A stretch of 64,000 nt of DNA from an uncultured Christensenellaceae bacterium (GTDB lineage: Bacteria > Bacillota > Clostridia > Christensenellales > CAG-314). Where the stretch lies: the NCBI GenBank assembly GCA_910586625.1, contig CAJUIZ010000008.1, forward strand, positions 2,618-66,617, given 5' to 3'. Of the stretch, positions 39,152 through 47,649 are shown one piece after another. The position numbers were made by a program, and so were the translations under genes. The notes below the pieces were generated by a model. That model made no database searches. It was not told where the DNA came from and saw only the letters and a program-made list of their open reading frames with translations. The stretch's first letter is position 1. Every line of letters begins with the position of its first letter.

Positions 39152-39187
39152 AAAAAAAACAGCTCCGTCTAATATCGGCGGAGCTGT
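39152..39187 (-). terminator. Terminator after the TetR gene
   Basis: Minus-strand stem acagctccg/cggagctgt followed by tttttttt. Confidence 0.75.
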
Positions 39188-39193
39188 CGTTTG

Positions 39194-39781
39194 TTATTCC
39201 GTATCAAAATGATAAAATCTGTCTTTCATATGTCCGAAGTAGAATGTAATCAGTTCGCGGGCGTTACGCTCCTGCACTTCGGGAGAATCTTCGTTGCGGA
39301 GTATCTTGAACAAGCTGTTAAGAAAACCTTCGGCAATAGCGTTGTAAAACTCGGGATTCTTGATTTTTTCGTCGATTTCGGGGAAAGACTCTTCCATCAT
39401 TTCCCTGATTTTATTGGAAATAACTTCCGTAATATAGCTTACAAACTTATCATAATGCACACTGTTGCCTTTGCGGATGATAAGCAATTCGTCGCTGTAC
39501 TGCATTAAAAATCGAACGAATATTATCGACATTTCCTTCATCGACTTATCCTTAAAGACGAAGTCCTGTTCGACGCTTTGCTTGACGCTTTCCATAAAGG
39601 GATTTATTACAGCAAGATACAAAGCCTCTTTATTTGCAAAATATCTGTAAATATTGCCTAACGATATTTCAGCATTATTGGCAATATTCCTTATCGATGC
39701 GTTAGCGAAGCCGTGTTCCTTAAACTCGTCTACGGCAGAAGCCAAGATTCTGTCTTTGATTTCTTTCTTTAAGTACTGCAT
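39194..39781 (-). CDS. TetR/AcrR-family transcriptional regulator
   Basis: N-terminal HTH (ILASAVDEFKEHGFANASIRNIANNAEISLGNIYRYFANKEAL). Start at the ATG at 39781 with SD gggag. Confidence 0.85.
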   Translation of the reverse strand: MQYLKKEIKDRILASAVDEFKEHGFANASIRNIANNAEISLGNIYRYFANKEALYLAVINPFMESVKQSVEQDFVFKDKSMKEMSIIFVRFLMQYSDELLIIRKGNSVHYDKFVSYITEVISNKIREMMEESFPEIDEKIKNPEFYNAIAEGFLNSLFKILRNEDSPEVQERNARELITFYFGHMKDRFYHFDTE

Positions 39782-39886
39782 ACAATCTCCCTTGCACGTC
39801 TGCTTTTTCAAACCCGATATATTGTATCACATACTTAATTTTTTGGCAACTTGTTCAAGAAAGAATGCAAAACTTTTTCATTATTG

Positions 39887-40621
39887 TCAGTAGGCGCACT
39901 CCAAAAGCATTTTGTCGGCAAGCAACGCAATAAACTCGCCGTTAGTGGGTTTTTCGGACGAATTATAAACCTTTACACCGAATATACTGTTGATATTTTC
40001 GATTTTGCCCCTGTTCCACGCAACTTCGATAGCGTGACGTATAGCGCGCTCCACTTTGCTGGAAGTCGTATCGAATTTTTTGGCAATGGAAGGATATAAG
40101 CTTTTCGTAATGGCGTTTATAATAGGCGGATTATCTACGGCAAGCTTTATGCCTTCTCGCAAAAACTGATAACCCTTGATATGCGCGGGTATTCCTACGC
40201 TTACAAAAATATTGCTTATACGCTCGTCTAACGTTTTTTCGGATACGCTTTTTTTGCGCACCACTTTACCGCCCAATCTGTCGCCTTCGTATACGTTACG
40301 TATGCGCTGCTCTAACACCCCGTATTCCAACGGCTTAACCAAGTAATATTTCGCGCCAAGCTCTAACGCCTTTATTACAAATACTTCGCTTTTCAATTCC
40401 GAAGCCACTATGAACTTTACGTCTCTGTACTTCTCCAACAAAGCGAATCCGTCTTCGCCGCTCATAACAAGCTCGCTTATTACCACGTCCGGATCTGTCG
40501 TATCGAGATAACTTCTCGCGTCCTTTCCGTCCGAATCGAATATAACGTCAAATTCGTCGTTTTCGCTTAATCTTTCCTTTAAGCCTTGCTGTCCGATAAG
40601 CCCTATTTTAATCATTTCCAT
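39887..40621 (-). CDS. spo0A: Spo0A-like sporulation transcription factor with atypical receiver domain
   Basis: Effector-domain signature GIPAHIKGYQFLREGI...LYPSIAKKFDTTSSKVERAIRHAIEVAWNRG...KPTNGEFIALLADK. The N-terminal CheY-like domain is degenerate (see findings). The start is at 40621 or 40615. Confidence 0.85.
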   Translation of the reverse strand: MEMIKIGLIGQQGLKERLSENDEFDVIFDSDGKDARSYLDTTDPDVVISELVMSGEDGFALLEKYRDVKFIVASELKSEVFVIKALELGAKYYLVKPLEYGVLEQRIRNVYEGDRLGGKVVRKKSVSEKTLDERISNIFVSVGIPAHIKGYQFLREGIKLAVDNPPIINAITKSLYPSIAKKFDTTSSKVERAIRHAIEVAWNRGKIENINSIFGVKVYNSSEKPTNGEFIALLADKMLLECAY

Positions 40622-40799
40622 ATACCTCCGCAATTTGTAGGTATATTGTAGCACAAAGATATATGTCGTTTTCTTAGAAAAAAAGTAAATCTTAGGGAAG
40701 TATTGTCGAAAAATGTATATATCGAAAGGTTAAATCGCTAACCAAGTAGATTAAAACGGAAAAATGGCGCAAATTGTATGGCAAAATAAATTAAACGAC

Positions 40800-40843
40800 A
40801 AAAAAACGCATAAAACGCAGATTGGCTTTCAGCAATCTGCGTT
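40800..40843 (-). terminator. Terminator overlapping the stop codon of the upstream membrane gene
   Basis: Minus-strand stem aacgcagattg/caatctgcgtt followed by ttatgcgttttttt. Confidence 0.7.
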
Positions 40844-41212
40844 ATCTTGAATATCGATATCGTTCGCCGAGCTATCGACGTCCGCGTCGGAAACTTCGTA
40901 TTCGGGCTGTTCTTGCATCGCTTCGCGGAATTTCTTTATATCCGTCAATATGCAAATGTAAAAAGTCTTATCCGTCAAAAATATTAAGGACTTACATATT
41001 ACTGTAACTACTACGTTCAATATCGGTATCCAGCTGAATATCATATTGACTCCCGTCAATATCATTTCCACTGCAAACATTACGGGATAAATTGGCAATC
41101 CTATTATTATACATAACGTTTTTGCAATACAGTATAAGAAGTTTTTGCTTGTATATCGGAAAATCCAACCGAACCGTTCTCTATAATAACGTTTAATATC
41201 TGTCATATTCAT
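40829..41212 (-). CDS. Small membrane protein with acidic C-terminal tail, possibly leaderless
   Basis: MNMTDIKRYYRERF..., two to three TMs, then ...EVSDADVDSSANDIDIQDNADC. The start is set at 41212 because a consensus promoter (TTGACA 41243-41248, 17 nt, TAAAAT 41220-41225) lies inside the tracked longer ORF. Confidence 0.5.
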   Translation of the reverse strand: MNMTDIKRYYRERFGWIFRYTSKNFLYCIAKTLCIIIGLPIYPVMFAVEMILTGVNMIFSWIPILNVVVTVICKSLIFLTDKTFYICILTDIKKFREAMQEQPEYEVSDADVDSSANDIDIQDNADC

Positions 41213-41337
41213 AGCTATTATTTTACTCCGTAATACCGTATATGTCAAGTATAACCTTCCGACAAACAACTTGCATAAAATGTAAAGAGTTTAATCTTAC
41301 AAAATTGAATAAAAAACAAAAAACTTTGCTAATATTA

Positions 41338-41366
41338 TTGACATTGCCGTCAAACAAAATTAAAAT
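41338..41366 (+). promoter_or_regulatory. Sigma-A promoter of the mgtE leader
   Basis: TTGACA (41338-41343), 17 nt, TAAAAT (41361-41366). Confidence 0.6.
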
Positions 41367-41374
41367 AGTAATAT

Positions 41375-41597
41375 CTTAATAATCCGGTAGGTGAGGCTAC
41401 CACTGGGATACGGATTGCTACCGACAACGCGTGGAGACACGTTACGTAGGGTCAGCAGGTGATGTCGAAACCAAGGCATAACCTAACGCAATTACACCGC
41501 CCTGTGATGCTAAAACTTGTAATGGTTGGACGCTTGTTTCCGTCACGCAAAGAAACAAACTATTTCTGCGGCTATTACAAGACGCAGTTTTTTTATG
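41375..41597 (+). promoter_or_regulatory. M-box (ykoK-type) Mg2+ riboswitch with terminator
   Basis: GGTAGGTGAGGCTACC...GGGATACGG...GGGTCAGCAGG...GATGCTAAAAC...GGTTGGACGCTTGTTTCC resembles the remembered B. subtilis M-box (GUUAGGUGAGGCUCC...GCUGGAUGCUUGUCC). A terminal hairpin plus T7 run lies at 41566-41594. Directly upstream of mgtE. Confidence 0.85.
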
Positions 41598-41635
41598 TAG
41601 CTTGACGGAAATACAAAACAAAGAGGAGGGGACGT

Positions 41636-43009
41636 ATGGAATACAAAGAATTGACGGAGCTGGTAGACAAGGCGTCGGAACTGCTTCAAGAAAAAAACTT
41701 CCGCGCCATCAAAGGTCTATTGGAAAACGAAATGCCCCAAGACGTAGCTTTGCTTTTGGAAGAACTGCCGGATAAAGATATGCCCATCGTATTCCGCCTG
41801 TTGAGCAAAGAATTGGCTGCCGACACTTTTGTAGAAATGAGTTCGGAAAGTCAGGAAATGCTTCTTAATATTTTTTCGGATAACGAACTGAAAGCGATTT
41901 TCGACGAAATGTTTTTGGACGATACGGTGGACATTATCGAAGAAATGCCCGCAAGCGTAGTAAAGAGAATTATCAATCAGTCGGATGCAGAAACTCGCAA
42001 GTTGATTAACGAAATTCTGCAATATCCACGCGATAGCGCCGGCACTATTATGACGGTAGAATATGTCAGTCTAAAAAAAAGCTGGACGGTACAGCAATGC
42101 TTCGACCGCATAAGAAAAACCGCGCTTGACAAGGAAACCATTTACAACTGCTACGTTACTGACGAAAAACGCCACCTTATAGGGCGCGTCACCGTCAAAG
42201 ACCTTTTACTTAACGGCAACGACGTAAAAATCGACGACATAATGGAAACAGACGTATTGGCGGTAGAAACTACCGACGACAAGGAATACGTCGCGCAGCA
42301 GATATCCAAATACGACTTAAACGCTATGCCCGTAGTAGATAAAGAATCGCGTATAGTCGGCATAATTACTGTAGACGACGTATTGGACGTTATGGAAGAA
42401 GAAGCTACAGAAGATATTTCCAAAATGGCGGCAGTTACTCCGTCGCACGACTCCTACTTGGAACAAAGCGTATGGCAAATATGGAAAAACCGCATTCCGT
42501 GGCTATTGATACTTATGATATCGGCGACATTTACGGGACTTATTATAAATGCTTACGAAGCCACGTTGTCCGCGCTTTTGTTCGCGTGCGTACCTATGAT
42601 AATGGGAACGGGCGGAAATGCCGGCAGCCAAGCAGCCGTAACAATTACCCGCAGTCTTGCAATCGGCGAAGTGCGCGCGTCCGACGTATTAAAAGTTTTG
42701 TGGAAGGAGCTGCGCGTAGCGTTGTCTCTCGGATTGGTGCTTGCGATAGCCTGCTTCGGCAAATTATACTTACTGGACGGACTGCTGTTCGGCAATCCCT
42801 ACACGTGGGACGTGTGCTTGACAGTCTCGCTCGCGTTGTTGGTAACTATCGTTCTCGCCAAGCTTATAGGATGTATGATGCCGATACTCGCCAAGATTTG
42901 CCGACTCGACCCGGCGGTCGTAGCAAGCCCCTTTATCACTACCATCGTCGACATTTTGTCCCTTGTATTATACTGCGCTATAGCGCAAGCTTTATTACCC
43001 GTTATATAA
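41636..43009 (+). CDS. mgtE: Magnesium transporter MgtE
   Basis: 457 aa with N-domain, tandem CBS domains and five TMs carrying the GNAGSQ motif (GTGGNAGSQA). Confidence 0.95.
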   Translation: MEYKELTELVDKASELLQEKNFRAIKGLLENEMPQDVALLLEELPDKDMPIVFRLLSKELAADTFVEMSSESQEMLLNIFSDNELKAIFDEMFLDDTVDIIEEMPASVVKRIINQSDAETRKLINEILQYPRDSAGTIMTVEYVSLKKSWTVQQCFDRIRKTALDKETIYNCYVTDEKRHLIGRVTVKDLLLNGNDVKIDDIMETDVLAVETTDDKEYVAQQISKYDLNAMPVVDKESRIVGIITVDDVLDVMEEEATEDISKMAAVTPSHDSYLEQSVWQIWKNRIPWLLILMISATFTGLIINAYEATLSALLFACVPMIMGTGGNAGSQAAVTITRSLAIGEVRASDVLKVLWKELRVALSLGLVLAIACFGKLYLLDGLLFGNPYTWDVCLTVSLALLVTIVLAKLIGCMMPILAKICRLDPAVVASPFITTIVDILSLVLYCAIAQALLPVI

Positions 43010-43020
43010 AGACAAAAATT

Positions 43021-43060
43021 TTACCGCCGAAATACGAAATATCTCGGCGGTAATTTATTG
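43021..43060. terminator. Terminator between convergent mgtE and the DUF218 gene
   Basis: Stem ttaccgccga/tcggcggtaa followed by tttatt. Confidence 0.7.
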
Positions 43061-43097
43061 AATTTTTTTCCAAATACCATTAAATGCCAACAAAAAA

Positions 43098-43517
43098 TCA
43101 GTTTCCGCAATAAGTTCTCAACATTATTTTGGTATGGCGTGACAATTGTTTTTTGAACAGTTTGATGGGATTCAGAAATTTACGATTCATATGCTCGGGC
43201 GAAGTGATGAGCAGAAGTTCGGTAGCGCCCAAGCCGAACGCAATAGGAACGGAAAATTCGGCATTTTGTTTAGTGGTCATAGATTTGTCTTCCATAACCA
43301 TTATTTCTTCCGCTACACCGTGGACTTTCAAATAATCGTACATCATTCTCGCTTCGCTGACGTCAACATTGCTATTGGCAACGCCTCCCGACAGTATTAT
43401 CTTGTCGGGACGGAACTTTTCAATCGCCGACAAAGTAATTTTCATCCTAACAGACATTAGCTCGGACATACTTCCGTCATCATTAATTCTGTTTCCCAGT
43501 ACTACAAAAATTAACAT
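43098..43517 (-). CDS. YdcF/ElyC-family (DUF218) protein
   Basis: IFVVLGNRI...ILSGGVANSN...TTKQNAEFS pattern. The start is probably the ATG at 43517. Confidence 0.7.
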   Translation of the reverse strand: MLIFVVLGNRINDDGSMSELMSVRMKITLSAIEKFRPDKIILSGGVANSNVDVSEARMMYDYLKVHGVAEEIMVMEDKSMTTKQNAEFSVPIAFGLGATELLLITSPEHMNRKFLNPIKLFKKQLSRHTKIMLRTYCGN

Positions 43518-43795
43518 ATCGCTTTTTTGCCTTTCCTTATATTTTAGAAACATTATAAGTAATTTTTGCGTCAAATGCAAACGTTTTTGAATTACAAACA
43601 GTATAAATATTCATCCAAAAGCATATACTACATTCGTATTATAGTAGCCTATAATTTTTGAAAAGAACAAAATAGTAATGAAACTTCACGCAAACGAATA
43701 TTTGCTGCATTTTGTTTGAAAAAGCGATAAAATCGTCAAATAACGTAGCTATATCGACGTTATTATCGAAATGTTATATTTTTTCAATAAATATG

Positions 43796-43824
43796 TTGAC
43801 TTTTTGAAAACGGTATACTATAAT
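43796..43824 (+). promoter_or_regulatory. Sigma-A promoter of the cold-shock gene
   Basis: TTGACT (43796-43801), 17 nt, TATAAT (43819-43824). This leaves a 5' UTR of about 85 nt. Confidence 0.6.
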
Positions 43825-43914
43825 TCTAATGTAACGGATTATTAACTTTACATCTATTTGATATAAACGTTTTACTATGTTCGGTTACAAATATTTTTTA
43901 GGAGGTACCAAAGT

Positions 43915-44124
43915 ATGACTGGTACGGTAAAATGGTTCGATGCAGGCAAAGGTTACGGATTCATTTCCGGCGACGAAGGTGGCGAGGACGTTTTTGTTCA
44001 TTTCTCTGCAATTCAAATAGATGGCTTCAAGACGCTAAAAGACGGTCAAAAAGTTACGTTTGAAATCGAGGAAGATTCCAAAAACGGAAAGCTTCGCGCT
44101 AAAAACGTTGCTCCCGCCGAGTAA
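43915..44124 (+). CDS. Cold-shock protein (CspA family)
   Basis: [33 protein letters not shown] contains the RNP1 and RNP2 motifs. Confidence 0.95.
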   Translation: MTGTVKWFDAGKGYGFISGDEGGEDVFVHFSAIQIDGFKTLKDGQKVTFEIEEDSKNGKLRAKNVAPAE

Positions 44125-44142
44125 AAATCATCGAAAAATTTT

Positions 44143-44177
44143 AAGGCAGATAGAAATTCTATCTGCCTTATTTTTTG
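44143..44177. terminator. Bidirectional terminator between csp and the collagen-like gene
   Basis: Stem aaggcagatag/ctatctgcctt followed by attttttg. Confidence 0.8.
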
Positions 44178-44198
44178 CCTAAACGTAGGGCAAAACTA

Positions 44199-44852
44199 TT
44201 AGGTGGCTAAAAATCCCGCAGCGCGCAACGACGCAAGCAATTCGTTTAACGTAGCGCCCACTTCGTCGGGCGTAGGAGTATCTTCGACGTCCGCTACAGC
44301 GGCGGCAGGCGTAATCGTCCCGGCAGGTCCCGTTGCTCCCGTAGCGCCTGTCGCTCCGGTAGGTCCTGTCGGACCGATGGGCCCCTGTAATCCTTGCGGA
44401 CCGGTAGGTCCGGCAATTCCCTGTTCGCCTTGAATACCCTGCGGCCCCGTTGCTCCGGTTGCACCGGTGATACCCTGCAAACCTTGAATACCCTGCGGTC
44501 CTTGCGGTCCTGTAGCCCCTGTCGCTCCTGTAACGCCTTGGGGTCCTGTTTCGCCGATAGGTCCGGTAGCTCCCGTAGCACCTGTCACACCGGGATTACC
44601 TTGTATACCTTGCGGTCCCGTTGCGCCGATTGCGCCTGTCGCTCCGGTAGGTCCGATGGGACCTTGCGGGCCGGGAACGCCCTGCACGCCTTGAATACCT
44701 TGCGGACCCTGCGGTCCCTGTTGACCTGTCGCTCCCATCATACCTTGCGGACCTGTAAAACCGCGCGGTCCGCGAACGCCGCGTTCGATAATTACAACGC
44801 GATTCGGCATTTCATTATGAATACAATCGCATCTGCTTCTGCAACAACACAT
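44199..44852 (-). CDS. Collagen-like triple-helix repeat protein with Cys-rich N-terminus
   Basis: 217 aa. [14 protein letters not shown]..., then 51 uninterrupted G-X-Y triplets by my count, then a 40-aa tail ...[18 protein letters not shown]. Confidence 0.85.
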   Translation of the reverse strand: MCCCRSRCDCIHNEMPNRVVIIERGVRGPRGFTGPQGMMGATGQQGPQGPQGIQGVQGVPGPQGPIGPTGATGAIGATGPQGIQGNPGVTGATGATGPIGETGPQGVTGATGATGPQGPQGIQGLQGITGATGATGPQGIQGEQGIAGPTGPQGLQGPIGPTGPTGATGATGATGPAGTITPAAAVADVEDTPTPDEVGATLNELLASLRAAGFLAT

Positions 44853-45022
44853 ATTTTTTTCTCCTTGTACATAGTATTCGACGCGCCAATGCGCGTCTGT
44901 TATATACTATTTATATTTCGAAAAAACTGTTACTTTTTCAAAAGCTCGTTTTATTTCTTGCGTTCAATAATGTTGCTTTGACAAAATACCTGTAAAATTT
45001 ACAAAATATTGCCTAAAATTGT

Positions 45023-45080
45023 TTGACTTTACGAAATAATTAGCATATACTAATAACAGTTGAACAATCATTCAACTGTT
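45023..45080 (+). promoter_or_regulatory. Promoter plus perfect 10-6-10 inverted repeat (candidate ArsR/CadC operator)
   Basis: TTGACT (45023-45028), 17 nt, TATACT (45046-45051), then AACAGTTGAA caatca TTCAACTGTT (45055-45080) between the -10 and the SD. Confidence 0.55.
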
Positions 45081-45094
45081 TATAGGAGACTGCT

Positions 45095-45451
45095 ATGGAA
45101 GAAAAAGATTTATGTTGCGAGCTTAAACACGTCCACGACGACGTGTGCGAACAGGTATGCGTAGATATGCCCAATGAAGACACGTTATTCGACGTCGCAG
45201 AGTTATTCAAAATATTCGGCGACTCGACCCGAATACGAATTTTATCGGCACTTACAAAAGCCGAAATGTGCGTTTGCGATATTTGTTCGGTACTAAATAT
45301 GACCAAGTCGGCGGTATCGCACCAATTACGCATACTGCGTCAGGCGAAGCTCGTAAAAAACAGACGTCAAGGCAAAGAAATTTTTTACAGCTTAGACGAC
45401 GACCACGTGCTAAGTATAATAAATATAGCGTTAGAACACATTGCGGAATAA
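45095..45451 (+). CDS. ArsR/SmtB-family metalloregulator (CadC/CzrA-like)
   Basis: HTH with CVCD (alpha3N) motif, alpha5 site DxHx10Hx2E (DDHVLSIINIALEHIAE), and a Cys-rich N-terminus. Confidence 0.9.
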   Translation: MEEKDLCCELKHVHDDVCEQVCVDMPNEDTLFDVAELFKIFGDSTRIRILSALTKAEMCVCDICSVLNMTKSAVSHQLRILRQAKLVKNRRQGKEIFYSLDDDHVLSIINIALEHIAE

Positions 45452-45479
45452 CCGCCGCAACGACGCAAAGGAGACAATT

Positions 45480-45698
45480 TTGAAAAAAGTAATCGCATTA
45501 CAAGATTTAGACTGCGCAAACTGCGCGGCGAAAATGGAAACTGCTATCCGCAACATTGACGGCGTACATTCCGTTTCCGTTAACTTTATCACACAAAAAA
45601 TGATTATAGATATTGACGACGGCAACGTAGAATCACTGCTCAAAGAAATCAAAACGGTATGCAAAAAAGTAGAACCGGACTGCACACTGAAAATTTAG
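45480..45698 (+). CDS. Stand-alone heavy-metal-associated (HMA) domain protein
   Basis: TTG start at 45480 after SD aaaggag: LKKVIALQDLDCANCAAKMETAIRNIDGVHSVSVNF... The DCxxC motif is typical of CadA N-terminal domains. Confidence 0.7.
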   Translation: MKKVIALQDLDCANCAAKMETAIRNIDGVHSVSVNFITQKMIIDIDDGNVESLLKEIKTVCKKVEPDCTLKI

Positions 45699-45707
45699 GA
45701 GAACGAT

Positions 45708-47588
45708 ATGTCAAAAAACAAAAAATCGCTTATTCGCATAATAGTATCCGCCATTACAGTCATTATAATTGTTACGCTTAAATACACTATCGGCAACGAT
45801 TATTCTTGGTTTATTTGGTTGGAATTGGGACTTTCATTGGCGGCATATTTAGCGGTAGGCTACGACGTTGTATGGAAGGCGCTGACGAATATAATTCGCG
45901 GCAAGATATTCGACGAACATTTTCTTATGACGATAGCCACGATAGGTGCTTTTGCAATAGGAGAATACATAGACGCTACGGCGGTTATGCTGCTGTATCA
46001 AATAGGAGAATTATTCCAACGCTACGCTGTCGGTAAAAGCAGACAAAGCATTGCTGGTCTAATGGACATTCGACCGGAAGAAGCAACGGTAATACGTAAC
46101 GGGCAAGAATTGACCGTTCATCCGTCCGAAGTAGAAATAGGCGAAACCGTCATAGTCAAAACGGGCGAAAAACTTCCGTTAGACGGCATAGTAATAAAAG
46201 GCGAATGCAACCTTGACACTTCTGCCATCACAGGCGAGAGCTTGCCGCGCAAAGCGTCGGAAGGACAAAACGTTATATCGGGTTGTCTTAATCTTGATGG
46301 GGTACTGTATATCCGAACCACTTCCACTTACGACGACAGCACGGTTGCCAAGGTGTTGGATTTGGTAGAAAACGCTACAAGCCGTAAAGCTCCTGCGGAA
46401 AACTTTATAACTAAATTCAGTCGTTATTACACTCCTATCGTTGTAATATTAGCGGTATTGCTTGCCACAGTTCCGCCTATGATCGAAGGAATTTCTCAAG
46501 GCGAAATATGGCTTAAATGGGTAAGGCGGGCAATGATGTTCTTATTTGTATCCTGTCCGTGCGCTTTGGTTATATCTATCCCGTTGGGATTTTTCGGCGG
46601 TATAGCCTGCGCAAGCAAAAACGGCGTTTTGGTAAAAGGCAGCAACTATTTGGAAATCTTGGCAAAAACCAAAGTAATTGCATTTGACAAAACGGGTACG
46701 CTTACCAAGGGAAACTTTGCCGTAACACAAATATTGCCGCAAAACAAACGCGAAGAAATACTGCAACTTGCCGCCAATGCCGAGCAGTACAGCAATCACC
46801 CGATAGCGCTGTCTATATTGCGCGAAAAAAAAGCTAACGCCGATGCGAGCGTAACAGAAATCGCAGGCAGGGGCATCTCCGCCACGATAGGCGATTCCAC
46901 CGTTTTGTGCGGAAACGACAAGCTGATGACGGATAACGACGTAGAATATGTTCCTGCAAACGGCGGCACAGTCATTTACGTAGCTCAGGACGGGAAATTC
47001 GTCGGTTCTATACTGATAGCCGACGAGATCAAGTTCGACTCTCGCGAAGCGTTAGAACAGCTAAAAAAGACGGGCGTTACGACAGTAATGCTGACGGGAG
47101 ACAACGACGACACCGCCGAGATGGTAGCAAACCAATTGGGTGTAGACTGCAAGTATTCGCAGCTGCTGCCGCAAGACAAAGTGACTAAACTTGAAGAATT
47201 GAAGCGTGAAGGCAAGGTTGCGTTTGTAGGCGACGGCATTAACGACGCGCCCGTACTTGCCACTGCCGACGTAGGTATTGCAATGGGAGCTATGGGAAGC
47301 GACGTAGCGATTGAAACTGCAGACATCGTACTTATGCAGGACAACCCCACTGCCGTTCCGCTCGCCAAACGGATAGCAAAGAACACTCTCAAAGTAGTAA
47401 CGGAAAATATAGTTATTTCTTTGGTTATCAAATTTGCAGTTCTGATTCTTTCGGCAATAGGCATTTTGGATATGGTATCATTCGGAATGATAATTGCTAT
47501 TCTTGCGGACGTGGGCGTTTGCGTTGTAGCGATACTAAACTCTATGCGCGCCATGTTTATAAAAAAGAAAAAGATTACCGCACAATAA
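45708..47588 (+). CDS. cadA: P1B-type Cd2+/Zn2+-transporting ATPase
   Basis: CPC (SCPCALV), DKTGTLT and GDGINDAP motifs. No fused N-terminal HMA domain. Confidence 0.9.
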   Translation: MSKNKKSLIRIIVSAITVIIIVTLKYTIGNDYSWFIWLELGLSLAAYLAVGYDVVWKALTNIIRGKIFDEHFLMTIATIGAFAIGEYIDATAVMLLYQIGELFQRYAVGKSRQSIAGLMDIRPEEATVIRNGQELTVHPSEVEIGETVIVKTGEKLPLDGIVIKGECNLDTSAITGESLPRKASEGQNVISGCLNLDGVLYIRTTSTYDDSTVAKVLDLVENATSRKAPAENFITKFSRYYTPIVVILAVLLATVPPMIEGISQGEIWLKWVRRAMMFLFVSCPCALVISIPLGFFGGIACASKNGVLVKGSNYLEILAKTKVIAFDKTGTLTKGNFAVTQILPQNKREEILQLAANAEQYSNHPIALSILREKKANADASVTEIAGRGISATIGDSTVLCGNDKLMTDNDVEYVPANGGTVIYVAQDGKFVGSILIADEIKFDSREALEQLKKTGVTTVMLTGDNDDTAEMVANQLGVDCKYSQLLPQDKVTKLEELKREGKVAFVGDGINDAPVLATADVGIAMGAMGSDVAIETADIVLMQDNPTAVPLAKRIAKNTLKVVTENIVISLVIKFAVLILSAIGILDMVSFGMIIAILADVGVCVVAILNSMRAMFIKKKKITAQ

Positions 47589-47605
47589 TACGCGATATAT
47601 ACGAA

Positions 47606-47633
47606 AAGGAGCTTGAAATATTTCAAGCTCCTT
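47606..47633. terminator. Bidirectional terminator between cadA and the ABC exporter operon
   Basis: Perfect stem aaggagcttgaaa/tttcaagctcctt. Confidence 0.8.
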
Positions 47634-47649
47634 AAATATTGTAAATAAT

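Noticed and set aside
44203-44981. Three extra ORFs (44203-44433 plus strand, 44294-44581 minus strand, 44394-44981 plus strand) and apparent tandem repeats in the collagen-like gene.
   Set aside because: They are alternative frames or the opposite strand of the GC-rich GGN-CCN triplet repeat. The periodicity is 9 nt or less and coding, with no spacer-repeat structure, so it is neither a CRISPR array nor a set of independent genes.
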